DNA of 64,000 nucleotides, taken from contig JBBRSB010000013.1 in the NCBI GenBank assembly GCA_038245785.1, forward strand, positions 1 to 64,000, read 5' to 3'. Made by a program: the position numbers and the translations under genes. Below are positions 17,064 through 27,731 of this stretch, one piece after another (the first letter of the stretch is position 1; every line of letters starts with the position of its first letter). The DNA is from Gloeobacterales cyanobacterium (lineage in GTDB: Bacteria; Cyanobacteriota; Cyanobacteriia; Gloeobacterales; PMM-0068). The notes under the pieces were generated by a model, which searched no databases, was not told the DNA's origin, and saw only the letters and a list, made by a program, of their open reading frames with translations.

Positions 17064-20000
17064 ATGTCTAAAGCGTTATCAGTACTAAATGAAAGTGTGT
17101 TGGTCGGCCAACCTCTGCCAGAATTCATCCAATCTGAGCGTCTCCTTGATATCTTCGCTACGACTGCTACCCGGTTGCCTCATAAGGTGGCACTTTTGGA
17201 TGGACGACAGCGGCTTACTTATGGCGAGTTAGACCGGAAATCTAACCAAGTTGCCCATGTGCTGCGTCAAGCTGGGATTGGTCCGCGCGACTTTGTCGGC
17301 CTTTGGATGAAGCGTTCTCTAAATCTTCACGTTGCTTTACTGGGAATCCTGAAAGCAGGTGCCGCCTACATCCCTTTCGATGCGGAAGCCCCGTCTGCAA
17401 GAGTCAGTACATCTTTGCAAGGCTGTGGAGCCAAGGCACTTATGGCGCACCAAGAGCTTCTGGAAGGAGGCTTTGACTGGTCTGGACCCTGCTTGCAGTG
17501 GGAAGAATTGCCCATCACTCATGCCTCTGGAAAACCTCTGGAGATACTTGATTCAACTCCTGACGATCCTGCCTATGCCATCTACACATCAGGATCTACT
17601 GGACAGCCCAAGGGAATAGTCGTTTCTCACCGTAACGTTTGTCATTGGGTGCGGGCAGAAAACCATGTACTCCAAATAGCTCAGGCTGACTTGGTCTACC
17701 AGGGCTTTTCTCTAGCCTTTGACATGTCTGTGGAAGAAATTTGGCCAGCTTTCCTGGTCGGGGCGTCTCTACGGGTTGCTCTACCGGAACTGGTGAAAGC
17801 AGTAGATCAGCTACCACAAGTGCTCACCCAGGCTGGCGTTACCGTACTCCACGCTGTTCCCACACTGCTTGCTCTATTGGAGCAAGATATTCCCAGCCTG
17901 CGACTGATTAATCTGGGGGGCGAGGCTTGCTCTTCTGGTTTGGTCGAGCGTTGGGCAAGACCTGAGCGACGGATTCTCAATACCTACGGACCCACGGAAA
18001 CTACCGTTACCGCCACCTGGGCTGAGTGTCAGCCGGGTAAGACTATTACCATTGGTCAGCCCCTACCCAACTACTTAGCTTATGTTTTGGATGAGAACTT
18101 GCGTCCGGTGCGGCAGGGAGAAGCGGGTGAGTTATTCATTGGCGGACCTAGCGTTACGGCAGGCTATATTGGTCGGCCCGAGTTAACGGCAACGAAGTTC
18201 ATCGCCAATCCCTTTATCGCCACAGCCCAGCAGTCACCGATGCTTTACCGCAGTGGCGATCAAGTTTGTCTCGATAGTGATGGCAACCTAATCTTTAACG
18301 GTCGTATTGATGATCAGGTCAAACTGCGGGGCTACCGCATTGAACTAGGCGAGATTGAGGCGCAGCTAACGGCGTTACCATCGGTCAAGATGGCAGCGGT
18401 GGCCGTCAAACCAAATGCTCTCGGGATGGACCAACTAGTCGCTTACGTTGTCTTGCGCGAAGGGAATACGTGGGATACCGCAACTATAAAAGCGGAACTG
18501 GTCGCCAAACTGCCTGCTTATATGGTTCCTAGCCGATATGTGCCCGTTGCAGCCCTACCAACTTTGGCAAGCGGCAAGGTGGATCGCAAAAATCTTCTTG
18601 CTCTTGAAATCCCAGTTTTTGATGAAACATTCCGTTCCAATCAAGTACCAGCCACAGTTATTGAAGAAGAACTGCTCTCGGTCTGGCAGGAGCTGTTTGG
18701 ACAGCGCCATATGTCCACCACCGATGATTTTTTCACCGATCTCGGTGGGCACTCGTTGCTGGCTGCAACGCTTATCTCCCGGTTGCGCGCCCAACCCCGC
18801 TATCGCCAGATCTCATTGCAGGACCTTTACCAGCACCGCACCATCGTAGGTTTGGCGCGACACGTAGAACAAAGTAAGCCAATGAATGTACTGGAGCGCA
18901 TAGGAACTTTTCATGCTATTCCCACTGGGCGCTATGTGGCTTGCGTGATTGCTCAGGCCCTCAGTCTGTTGGTCATCTATGGTGTTTTTTCCCTGCAATG
19001 GCTGATTCCCTATCTAACCTATAGCTGGATGCTTGACTTAGGAGAGGGAATCTGGTGGTCTATCGCTGCTGCCCTAGCTGTCTATAGTGGCCTTGTTCCC
19101 CTGCTACTGGGACTTTCGGTGATCATCAAATGGGTGGTTATTGGGCGCTATAAGCCCGGTGAGTACCCTCTATGGGGGTCTTATTACTTCCGCTGGTGGT
19201 TTGTCCGCCGCTTTCTAGCAGTCATGCCCATCTCATACATGAATGGCACACCTTTAATTCGTATCTATTACCGATTGTTGGGAGCACGCATCGGGAAAGA
19301 GGTCTATATCAGCAGCACTGATATAGGTGCTTTTGACCTAGTCTCGATTGGAGACCATGCCAGCCTTGGTTATCGCGTGATGTTGGACAACAGTATGGTA
19401 GAGGACGGACTGCTTAAAATCAGTTCTATCGCAGTCGGTAATCACTGCTATATCGGCAGCAGTTCTGTGTTGAGTGCTGATACGGTCATGGAGGATTATG
19501 CCGAACTCGATGATCTCTCCGCGCTGCCCAATAAAGCTCGAATCCCTCATGGAGAATTCTGGAAGGGTTCACCTGCTCGCTTTCATGCTCGGGTAGACGT
19601 GGAAAGCTTGCCCGCGCCCGAAATAGTCTCAGACACACGAAGATACACGTTCGCTGGGGTATTCGGTGTCCTGTTGCTGGTCTTCCCGATTCTGGCTTTG
19701 TTACCCGTTTTCCCTGGTTTCATGATCCTCAACGAACTGGACCGTCACACCCAGGGCTATGCCTACTTGCTGATTACGCCTGTACTCTCTGTGTTGTTCG
19801 TACTTTTGTCAGCCTTGGAAATTGTCGTACTGCGTTGGCTCTTCCTCGGTCGTGTTAAAGAGGGTACCTACAGCCTGTATAGCAATTTCTACATCCGCAA
19901 ATGGCTGATTGACCAGTTAATGGAATCGAGCCTGACGGTGCTGCACCCGCTCTATGCCACGCTGTATCTTGCCCCCTGGTATCGCCTGCTCGGTGCCAAA

Positions 20001-21059
20001 ATAGGCAAACGCACAGAAATTTCAACGGCCAGTGCCGTTACCCACGATCTTCTAGAAATCGATGACGAGTCGTTCATTGCCGATGCTGTAATCATGGGCG
20101 ACCCCCACATCCGACATAATCGTCTTACCCTTAAACGTACACGTATTGGTAAGCGCAGTTTCATTGGGAATAGCGCTCTAATTCCCGATGGTAGTTCGAT
20201 CCCCGATGGATGCCTGATTGGTTGCTTGTCGCAGCCACCTCAAGAGTCAGAACTTACCCCAGGCACTTCTTGGTTCGGCACTCCGGCTATTTACTTGCCC
20301 AAGCGGCAGACCTTTTGCGACTACTCCTCTGAACTAACCTACGATCCACCAAAGCATTTGGTCGCGATGAGATTGGTCGTCGAATTTATTCGAATTATTC
20401 TGCCGATTACGGTAGTGATGACGTTGAGCATCTCTTTCATCAGCATCATGGTTGACCTCAACGAGATTTACGATTTCTTCGAGCTGATGTTTATTTTCCC
20501 TCTCATGTACGTGGGATTTGGCATAATTGCCACGCTGATAACCGTGGCCTTAAAGTGGCTGCTGGTCGGACGTTATCGCCCAGAATCAAAACCAATGTGG
20601 ACCTCTTTTGTTTGGAGGAGTGAACTGATCACTTCGACTTATGAAGCCCTGGCCGTCACTTTCTTTTTGGACATGCTGCGTGGGACACCCTTCCTCAGCT
20701 TCTTCCTACGCTTGTTCGGCAGCAAAATTGGCAAACGAGTCTACCTGGATACGACTGATTTGACGGAGTTTGATGTGGTACGCATCGGCGACGATTGTGC
20801 CCTCAACTATGATTGCGGGCCACAGACACACCTATTCGAAGACCGAGTGATGAAAATCGCTCCCATTGAACTGGGCGACCGAGTGGTAGTTGGCACGCTT
20901 GCTATCGCTCTGTACGGTACCCGTTTGGAATCTGATAGCTGGCTAGGTCCCCTGTCTCTGGTTATGAAAGGAGAGCAGTTGCCTGCTGGTACGGCCTGGT
21001 TTGGTTCGCCTGCCCAGCCTGTGGGTGATGCCCCATTAGGAAGTCAGATATCTACATAG
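17064..21059 (+). CDS. Pls/PosA-family membrane-bound NRPS-like poly-amino-acid synthetase (A-T-TM, three tandem C-terminal domains)
   Basis: A3 YTSGSTGQPKG, A5 NTYGPTE, A10 GKVDRK; T domain LGGHSL; three TM hairpins each followed by LxG(A/S)(R/K)IG repeats; no C or TE domain. Confidence 0.92.
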   Translation: MSKALSVLNESVLVGQPLPEFIQSERLLDIFATTATRLPHKVALLDGRQRLTYGELDRKSNQVAHVLRQAGIGPRDFVGLWMKRSLNLHVALLGILKAGAAYIPFDAEAPSARVSTSLQGCGAKALMAHQELLEGGFDWSGPCLQWEELPITHASGKPLEILDSTPDDPAYAIYTSGSTGQPKGIVVSHRNVCHWVRAENHVLQIAQADLVYQGFSLAFDMSVEEIWPAFLVGASLRVALPELVKAVDQLPQVLTQAGVTVLHAVPTLLALLEQDIPSLRLINLGGEACSSGLVERWARPERRILNTYGPTETTVTATWAECQPGKTITIGQPLPNYLAYVLDENLRPVRQGEAGELFIGGPSVTAGYIGRPELTATKFIANPFIATAQQSPMLYRSGDQVCLDSDGNLIFNGRIDDQVKLRGYRIELGEIEAQLTALPSVKMAAVAVKPNALGMDQLVAYVVLREGNTWDTATIKAELVAKLPAYMVPSRYVPVAALPTLASGKVDRKNLLALEIPVFDETFRSNQVPATVIEEELLSVWQELFGQRHMSTTDDFFTDLGGHSLLAATLISRLRAQPRYRQISLQDLYQHRTIVGLARHVEQSKPMNVLERIGTFHAIPTGRYVACVIAQALSLLVIYGVFSLQWLIPYLTYSWMLDLGEGIWWSIAAALAVYSGLVPLLLGLSVIIKWVVIGRYKPGEYPLWGSYYFRWWFVRRFLAVMPISYMNGTPLIRIYYRLLGARIGKEVYISSTDIGAFDLVSIGDHASLGYRVMLDNSMVEDGLLKISSIAVGNHCYIGSSSVLSADTVMEDYAELDDLSALPNKARIPHGEFWKGSPARFHARVDVESLPAPEIVSDTRRYTFAGVFGVLLLVFPILALLPVFPGFMILNELDRHTQGYAYLLITPVLSVLFVLLSALEIVVLRWLFLGRVKEGTYSLYSNFYIRKWLIDQLMESSLTVLHPLYATLYLAPWYRLLGAKIGKRTEISTASAVTHDLLEIDDESFIADAVIMGDPHIRHNRLTLKRTRIGKRSFIGNSALIPDGSSIPDGCLIGCLSQPPQESELTPGTSWFGTPAIYLPKRQTFCDYSSELTYDPPKHLVAMRLVVEFIRIILPITVVMTLSISFISIMVDLNEIYDFFELMFIFPLMYVGFGIIATLITVALKWLLVGRYRPESKPMWTSFVWRSELITSTYEALAVTFFLDMLRGTPFLSFFLRLFGSKIGKRVYLDTTDLTEFDVVRIGDDCALNYDCGPQTHLFEDRVMKIAPIELGDRVVVGTLAIALYGTRLESDSWLGPLSLVMKGEQLPAGTAWFGSPAQPVGDAPLGSQIST

Positions 21060-21328
21060 GCACTTAGCCTGAAATGTAAATATCATGAAAATGATTGTAC
21101 TGAGTGGAAACAGAAAGTCAATTGAAAAATCTTTCGGTAAATTCATCTAGCTTTTAGCAAAATGCAACCTGCTAAAAATCTTATTTGTATATTAATGGAC
21201 AGATCTAACAGCTACATCTTAAGAGCTTGAACTACTAGAACATCAGTGCTAGTAATGTCCACCTTTTGTAAACGGCGCTGTCCTGTTGCTGAGCTATGCC
21301 GAAGCATCCCGACTCTAATTGCTACGCG

Positions 21329-22471
21329 CTATAGAGCGGGGCTTCCGCGCTTTAAGCTAAACACAAGGGCCACATTTTGCCCACCAAAGCCAAAACTGTG
21401 ACTAATGGCATGGTCTACCGTTTGTTCTTGCCTGGAACGGACAAAATTAAGAGGAGCGATCGGGTTTGTTAATCCTACCGTCGGAGGCAACGTTTGATGC
21501 TCCATAGACAACAAGCAAAACGCACATTCCAAGGCTCCAGTTGCCCCCAGGCTATGCCCGGTGATTCCTTTCGTGGCGCTAATCGGAACATGAGGACCAT
21601 AGACTCTAGCGATTAAGGCTGCTTCCATCGCGTCATTTCTTTGGGTTCCGGTTCCGTGTGGACTGATCAAATCGATCTGTCTGGAATTTAAACCCGCTTC
21701 TTGGAGCGCCCGTTGAATAGCCCGTTCAGCTTGGGTACCCTTGGCATCGGGACTATAGGCATGGCAAGCATCGGTTGTCGCTCCAAAGCCTCGAATTTCC
21801 CCATAGACTTTGGCTGCTCGTCTTTGAGCGAGTTCTTTATTTTCTAGGACTAAAAAAGCAGCGCTTTCGGCAGGCCAAAATCCTGTATGCTTCTGGTCAA
21901 AAGGTTTAGGCGCTTCTGAAGATAAAAGTCCCATCTTTCGGAAGCTCGCCAATCCCAAGCTCGTCAACGGAGATTCGGCACCACCGACCAACGCTCTCTG
22001 ACAATAGCCTCCTTGAATGAGGCGGTAACCCCAACCAATCGCCCAAGCGCCAGAAGCACAGGCCACACTCAGGGTCTGCACCGGACCTCGAATATTCATT
22101 TTTTGCGCAATTGTTGCGCTTAAGCTATGAGGCAGACAGGCCAACCAATCCGCAGGGGCCTCTTTGGTTTGACAGGCCCGTTCTAAATCCAGCGGATTTC
22201 CCCGACTTGTTCCTACAACCAATCCCCAGCCTTCACCTTCTGCCTCTACGGGAGCGGACAAACCACTGTCTAACAAAGCTCTTTGGGCCGCTTCAAGCGC
22301 TAAAGAACTCGTCCGATGGGGTATCTCCCAAGGCAGGGGCGTACAGCTTACGGGATATCCTTGGAATTCCTGCCAAGTGGGAATTCCCTGAAGCAGCGCA
22401 TGCCAGATAGACAGCGTATCTGAGCCAAGGCCGTGAACGAGACCCAATCCCGTGACAACAACAGCAGTCAT
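21329..22471 (-). CDS. Beta-ketoacyl-ACP synthase (FabF-like)
   Basis: Cys-His-His triad: ACASG, HGTGT, GHSLGA; SFGFGGQN. Confidence 0.9.
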   Translation of the reverse strand: MTAVVVTGLGLVHGLGSDTLSIWHALLQGIPTWQEFQGYPVSCTPLPWEIPHRTSSLALEAAQRALLDSGLSAPVEAEGEGWGLVVGTSRGNPLDLERACQTKEAPADWLACLPHSLSATIAQKMNIRGPVQTLSVACASGAWAIGWGYRLIQGGYCQRALVGGAESPLTSLGLASFRKMGLLSSEAPKPFDQKHTGFWPAESAAFLVLENKELAQRRAAKVYGEIRGFGATTDACHAYSPDAKGTQAERAIQRALQEAGLNSRQIDLISPHGTGTQRNDAMEAALIARVYGPHVPISATKGITGHSLGATGALECAFCLLSMEHQTLPPTVGLTNPIAPLNFVRSRQEQTVDHAISHSFGFGGQNVALVFSLKRGSPAL

Positions 22472-22507
22472 GATCTCAGCATACGCAACGGACAGGAACG
22501 GTTAAGA

Positions 22508-23227
22508 CTATTTGGGTTCCTGGATATTCTCGGCACCTTTACTCAGAGTTGCTTTGGTGATTTTGTCCCCGACCGCAATTTTATCGATGACGTCTTCGCC
22601 TTTGACGATTTTACCGAAAACGGCATACTTGCCATCGAGGAAGTCGATAGGGGCAAGGGTGAAATAGAACTGGGAAGAAGCAGAATCTAGAGAGGCACTA
22701 CGGGCCATGGCAATCGCCCCCCGGACATGGGGGAGGACTAGTTTCTTAGCAGGGGTGGCAGGGACTATCTCTGTGTTGTACACAGGTTGAGCATCTCCCT
22801 GTGTTTTGATTTCTAGGGGGATAGTCCGCTCTGTTTTCGTTTTGGGATCAATGAAGCCACCCGTACCATTTCCCTTGGGGTCTCCACCCTGAATCACAAA
22901 AGGTTGGGGGTCTTTTTCTACGCGATGAAAAGTGAGTCCGTTATAGAATCCACGTTTCACCAAATCTGCGAAATTTCCGGCAGAAACGGGCGCATTATCC
23001 CCGTCTAAGGCAATGGTGATCACTCCTTTGGTTGTTTCCATCACTACTGTTGCTGCGCCTTTGAGTTTTGGCAGATTATCAAAGGTTTCCACTTTTTTAG
23101 TGGACGTATTTTCTGCCCCTGTGGAGGGACCTGCATTAGCACTCTGGGGAGGAGTACTGCAGCTCACAAGCATCAAGGCGAAGGCAGGAACCAGCATCAA
23201 ACGAACAGATCGGAACACAAAGAGCAC
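22508..23227 (-). CDS. Cyclophilin-type peptidyl-prolyl isomerase, lipoprotein
   Basis: FHRV...FVIQGGDP, AMARS...SASSQFYF, YAVFG; lipobox LVSC. Confidence 0.93.
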   Translation of the reverse strand: MLFVFRSVRLMLVPAFALMLVSCSTPPQSANAGPSTGAENTSTKKVETFDNLPKLKGAATVVMETTKGVITIALDGDNAPVSAGNFADLVKRGFYNGLTFHRVEKDPQPFVIQGGDPKGNGTGGFIDPKTKTERTIPLEIKTQGDAQPVYNTEIVPATPAKKLVLPHVRGAIAMARSASLDSASSQFYFTLAPIDFLDGKYAVFGKIVKGEDVIDKIAVGDKITKATLSKGAENIQEPK

Positions 23228-23302
23228 CCAAAGCTACCGCCCTCGATTATAAGGGAAGCTTCCACTAAACATGTCCGTTAAAGTTCTTTTTAGCTGGAAA
23301 GA

Positions 23303-23722
23303 TCAATCCTCAAAATACCAACTCACATGCTCCAAATCAGTAATCAAGCAGGACAACAGGCGAGTATGGCCAATAGCGCTCAGTAGCCATTTGAACTCTG
23401 TACACGACGCACCGTAAGCAAGAGATGCTCCACAATGTACCTCACTTAGCATTACTCCAAAATCCCGATTGGGGATGTAGACCCCTCTCTCCACATCCAA
23501 AATTTCACGAAGCTCAATCAAATCCAAACGACAATTTCTTAGGTCACTTCTCTCAACGGAAAGCTTCTCACCACATACGAAATTAGTTGAAATATTGATG
23601 GCATATAAACCATCCAACTCATCAATATCCAGGTGAATAGTGAGGGAACCATCTGCAAATTCATAGCCCAAAAGTTGGGAATTACCACTATGGGCGACCA
23701 GTTCCTCAAACCGTATGCTCAT
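23303..23722 (-). CDS. Hypothetical protein
   Basis: 139-aa acidic ORF filling the intergenic gap; no motif recognised. Confidence 0.6.
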   Translation of the reverse strand: MSIRFEELVAHSGNSQLLGYEFADGSLTIHLDIDELDGLYAINISTNFVCGEKLSVERSDLRNCRLDLIELREILDVERGVYIPNRDFGVMLSEVHCGASLAYGASCTEFKWLLSAIGHTRLLSCLITDLEHVSWYFED

Positions 23723-23920
23723 TTCTCTAACAACCTTCGTATCCCACGATTTTTCGTGCCACTACTCCCATGTAGCAACAAAAAAGCCCGAACATGCCAA
23801 AGGTTTCCTAAAATTTAACCTCTATGGAGTATGAGCAGCCGGCTACCTCAAAATTGAATTAGAGTACTGAACGGACAGGCAGATCTCCTAGAATCAGGGA
23901 GCAAGACCGATGGTTATATC

Positions 23921-24337
23921 ATGGCGACCTTAAAAGAATTTCTAGAAAAGTGCTCCACCCTTGGGCTTCTGAGGATTATTGTCACCAATGACACGGCGGT
24001 ACTGGAGTGCAAGTCTGAGATCAAAGACCTGTACTATGCAGCGCTGCCCAAAGGCCAATATGCCAACATGCATACCGAAAACTTTGAATTCCATCTCAAT
24101 ATGGATGACATTGGCTGGGTGCGCTTCGAAGAGGGCATTGCCAAACGGGGTAACTTCACCACCTATGCTGTCCGTTTGCAAAAAGACGCTGACTCCAAAC
24201 CATTGCTTAGCGCTTTTCTACAATGGGGAAAGCCTGGAGAATATGTTGAGGGGCAAGTGGAAGCTTTTCAATCCTTAAAAGCAGACTATGGAGAAGCTTG
24301 GGCTCCAGAGCCCTTAACTCAACCAGTTAAATCATGA
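23921..24337 (+). CDS. ChuX/HutX-family heme-utilisation-like protein
   Basis: LGLLRIIVTN..AVLE and FEFHLNMD pattern typical of cyanobacterial HutX-like proteins. Confidence 0.7.
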   Translation: MATLKEFLEKCSTLGLLRIIVTNDTAVLECKSEIKDLYYAALPKGQYANMHTENFEFHLNMDDIGWVRFEEGIAKRGNFTTYAVRLQKDADSKPLLSAFLQWGKPGEYVEGQVEAFQSLKADYGEAWAPEPLTQPVKS

Positions 24338-24347
24338 GGATTGCCTT

Positions 24348-25457
24348 GTGCGGGTAGAAAAATTCATTCAGCAATTTGAAGCGACTACGCCCCTTCATTT
24401 AGCAGCATCCTGGGACAACGTAGGCTGGCAGGTAGAGCCAGGCATTGCTTTGGAAGAAGCAAGAGTCTTGGTCTGTCTGACTCCCACCTTTTCTGTGCTG
24501 GAGGAAGCCGTCGATGAGGGCTTCAATCTGGTTTTTGCACACCATCCCCTGATTTTTACTCCCCTCAAATCTCTGCATCCCAAAACCCCTGTTGGTCAGG
24601 CGGTCCATCTGGCCTATACCAAAGGGATTGGCGTCTACAGTGCCCATACTAACTTTGACCAAGTGGTAGAAGGTACGGCAGATACTCTGTCTACCCTGCT
24701 TGGCCTTTCTGCTTGCGAGCCCCTAGAGCCCTATCCTGAAAAGTTCTTTAAACTGGTTACTTTCGTTCCAGCAGACGTGCGAGAGGTTGTCTTAGAAACG
24801 CTTTGGGAAGCAGGAGCTGGTCAAGTGGGTGAACACTATAACCGCTGTAGCTACTGGAGTGCGGGGACGGGGACCTTCTGTGCCCTAGAGGGAAGCCATC
24901 CGGCCATAGGGTCCGCAGGCGATAACCAGGTGGCCGAAGACCGTCTGGAAGTCCTGGTATCAGAAACCCGCCGGAGTGAAGTTCTCCAGGCGTTGCGGTT
25001 GGCGCATCCCTATGAAGAACCGGCCTACGAACTCTATGCCGTAGAACCGCCTGCCTCTGCCATTGGCTATGGACGGGTAGGATTGCTGCCCGAGCCCCAG
25101 ACCCTAGAAGAAACCCTCCAGCTCATTCGACTGCAGTTGGACCAACCCCATCTGATCACCTCCCCGGCAGCTCTTGACCGCAAAGTACACAAAATTGCTG
25201 TCCTCGGAGGTTCTGGCGGTAGTTTCATTCCTCAAGCCCACCGTCACCAAGTAGACCTCTATCTCACGTCTGATTGCAAGTTTCACCAGTTTCAAGAGGC
25301 GATGGAGCGGAGCATCGTTTTGGTGGATGCCGGTCACTATGCTACGGAGCGACCTGCCTGCAAGCGTCTGGTCGAGAGATTTCAAGCGTGGGGTGTACAG
25401 GCACGTCTGAGCAGCCAAGACCGCAACTATGTCGTTCATTCTCTCCCCAGCCTTTGA
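24348..25457 (+). CDS. Nif3-like dinuclear metal hexameric protein with PII-like insert
   Basis: WDNVG, HHPLIF, HTNFD, HPYEEPAY, DAGHYATE. Confidence 0.92.
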   Translation: MRVEKFIQQFEATTPLHLAASWDNVGWQVEPGIALEEARVLVCLTPTFSVLEEAVDEGFNLVFAHHPLIFTPLKSLHPKTPVGQAVHLAYTKGIGVYSAHTNFDQVVEGTADTLSTLLGLSACEPLEPYPEKFFKLVTFVPADVREVVLETLWEAGAGQVGEHYNRCSYWSAGTGTFCALEGSHPAIGSAGDNQVAEDRLEVLVSETRRSEVLQALRLAHPYEEPAYELYAVEPPASAIGYGRVGLLPEPQTLEETLQLIRLQLDQPHLITSPAALDRKVHKIAVLGGSGGSFIPQAHRHQVDLYLTSDCKFHQFQEAMERSIVLVDAGHYATERPACKRLVERFQAWGVQARLSSQDRNYVVHSLPSL

Positions 25458-25508
25458 AAAAGAGAATGGTACGATGTAGGGGCTCATGGCTAGGTCTTAA
25501 GGAAGAAC

Positions 25509-26192
25509 ATGTCTGATACCGTCCTGATTGTGGATGACGAGGAACTGATTCGGGAAACCGTGGCCCTGCATCTGACGGATGATGGGTTTAAGGCGATGAT
25601 GGCAGAAGATGGTCGCCAGGCCCTCGACTTAATGCGGCAGCTTGACCGTGTAGATTTGATTATTCTTGACCTGATGCTGCCCTTTTTAAATGGCTTAGAC
25701 CTTTGTCGCTTGCTGCGCCGTGAGGGCAATATGGTCCCCATTTTGATGCTCACCGCGAAAGGGTCAGAGACTGACCGGGTCGTAGGGTTAGAAGTTGGAG
25801 CAGATGACTACCTGACCAAACCTTTCGGCATGCGCGAACTCTCTGCTCGTTGCCGAGCTTTACTCCGGCGCGAACGGCGAATTCTTCCCCAGCAGGTTAT
25901 TTTGCGCTACCAAGAGCTATGGATGAACCTGGACGAATGCCGGGTCATGGTCCGTGATGCCCTGACCGAACTTTCTCCGAAGGAATTCCGCCTTTTAGAA
26001 TTGTTTATGCGCAATCCACGACGGGTTTGGTCTCGTGAACAGCTTCTAGAGCGTGTTTGGGGACCTGATTTCATGGGAGACAGCAAAACAGTAGATGTGC
26101 ACATCCGCTGGCTGCGCGAAAAGCTAGAGTTGGATCCTAGCCGTCCAGAATATTTGGTCACTGTTCGGGGATTTGGTTATCGTTTCGGTTAG
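25509..26192 (+). CDS. sphR: OmpR/PhoB-family response regulator, SphR-like
   Basis: REC domain plus winged helix; WGPDFMGDSKTVDVHIRWLREKLE; paired with a kinase. Confidence 0.85.
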   Translation: MSDTVLIVDDEELIRETVALHLTDDGFKAMMAEDGRQALDLMRQLDRVDLIILDLMLPFLNGLDLCRLLRREGNMVPILMLTAKGSETDRVVGLEVGADDYLTKPFGMRELSARCRALLRRERRILPQQVILRYQELWMNLDECRVMVRDALTELSPKEFRLLELFMRNPRRVWSREQLLERVWGPDFMGDSKTVDVHIRWLREKLELDPSRPEYLVTVRGFGYRFG

Positions 26193-26236
26193 AGAAACGT
26201 TTTACTGTCCAAACCTATAAAAAAGGAGTAGCAGAT

Positions 26237-27424
26237 ATGGAGCCCTTGAGCTTCATAGGGGGTGCTGCCCTTGGTCTGGGAGCGAGCATCTTCTGGCAAA
26301 AAACTACCCAGAAAAAAAATAAAGAGCAAGCGGATACGCTACGAACCTATTTGGAGAAGCAACAGCTCAAGCTAGACCAGTTGGCACAGAACAACACGGC
26401 TCTAGAAAGCCTGCTGGAGATTGCTCCTTTCGGCTATATAATCGTCGATGAAAAAAATCAGTTACTCTTCTGCAATCAAATAGCGAAGGAACTACTAGAT
26501 ATTACCAACTGGCAGAGCGGAGGGCCCAAGCGTACCTTCTTGGAATATGCACGGTCTTATGAGTTAGACCAACTGATTATGCACACTCGTGAAGAAGAAT
26601 CTCCTCAAACGGCTGACTGGAACTCTACTTGGGTGCCTGCCACTACTAGCCAATATCTACGGGGAGAGACCGTCCTCTTGCCAGAACAGTGCATTGGAGT
26701 TTTTCTCCAAAATCGCAAAGAACTCATAGACCTCACCCGTTCTCGCGACCAATGGACATCGGCAGTTGCCCATGAATTGAAAACTCCTTTAACCTCAATC
26801 CGGTTAGTACACGAAGTCCTCTCCACCCGCATTAGCCCAGATCTTCTGACCTGGGTAGAGAGGGTAACCAAAGAGGTTAATCGCCTGGCACAATTGGTTC
26901 AAGATCTCCTGGACCTGGGGCAATGGGAATATCCAGAATCTCCTGAACCGATAGACCTCAAAGTCCTGATTGACCAAGCGTGGGACATCCTAGAACCTCT
27001 GGTCCTAAGCCGCACCCTTCGACTGGATTATCAAGGACCGGAAACTTTGCCTAGTGTCGGAAATCCTAGTGCTATGATTCGGGTCTGGATCAATCTGCTC
27101 GATAATGCCGTGAAATACAGCCCAGAAGGAAAACCCATTTTTGTTCGTGCTCATCTAGAAGAAGAACTCAACGACGAACAATCTTCTTTTAATTGGTTAA
27201 TTGATATCTATGATGAAGGTCCAGGATTTCCTCCTCAAGAATTAGACCGCGTTTTTGAACCGTTTTACCGAGCCGACCCAGCCCGCGCCCGACGCACAGG
27301 GGGCACAGGTCTTGGCCTAGCGATTGTCCGCCAAATTGTCGATGCCCACAGCGGCCACGTCCAAGCAAAAAACCATCCTGAAACAGGTGGAGCTTGGCTG
27401 CAGGTTTCTTTACCCAAAGCATAA
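26237..27424 (+). CDS. sphS: PhoR/SphS-like sensor histidine kinase
   Basis: PAS-like region with RSYELDQLI, H-box AHELKTPL, N/G1/G2 boxes. Confidence 0.85.
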   Translation: MEPLSFIGGAALGLGASIFWQKTTQKKNKEQADTLRTYLEKQQLKLDQLAQNNTALESLLEIAPFGYIIVDEKNQLLFCNQIAKELLDITNWQSGGPKRTFLEYARSYELDQLIMHTREEESPQTADWNSTWVPATTSQYLRGETVLLPEQCIGVFLQNRKELIDLTRSRDQWTSAVAHELKTPLTSIRLVHEVLSTRISPDLLTWVERVTKEVNRLAQLVQDLLDLGQWEYPESPEPIDLKVLIDQAWDILEPLVLSRTLRLDYQGPETLPSVGNPSAMIRVWINLLDNAVKYSPEGKPIFVRAHLEEELNDEQSSFNWLIDIYDEGPGFPPQELDRVFEPFYRADPARARRTGGTGLGLAIVRQIVDAHSGHVQAKNHPETGGAWLQVSLPKA

Positions 27425-27428
27425 TCCT

Positions 27429-27716
27429 ATGACCGAAGACGCCAACCAGATCTTGCTCCGCTATTCCGAAACCTATCCCAAAGAAGCACTGCGGGTCCTT
27501 ACCGTCTTGGCTGAAGAACAAGAGGAAGATGAACTCCTTTATTTTCGAGGAGAAGTGAGTTCCTTGCGCAGAGCTACTCCTGCAGACCCGACGATTCCCC
27601 TACTTACTCCTGAAGACCAAATTGTCCGCATTGACCGCTGGCAAGCACCTTTCAATCCCAACAATCCCAAAGTTCTAGCAGAGGATGTTGCGGTGGAAAG
27701 CCTGATTGTTAGATAA
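27429..27716 (+). CDS. Conserved cyanobacterial/plastid-type hypothetical protein
   Basis: ATG 4 nt after the sphS stop; FRG..SSL...T..DP and IDR..APFNP.NP pattern. Confidence 0.7.
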   Translation: MTEDANQILLRYSETYPKEALRVLTVLAEEQEEDELLYFRGEVSSLRRATPADPTIPLLTPEDQIVRIDRWQAPFNPNNPKVLAEDVAVESLIVR

Positions 27717-27731
27717 GCGAGACAATAGTAG

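Noticed and set aside
21329..22471. FabF-like gene as part of a hybrid cluster with the NRPS-like gene
   Set aside because: Convergent orientation, linked to the cyclophilin gene, no ACP or tailoring genes, and Pls-type enzymes need no ketosynthase
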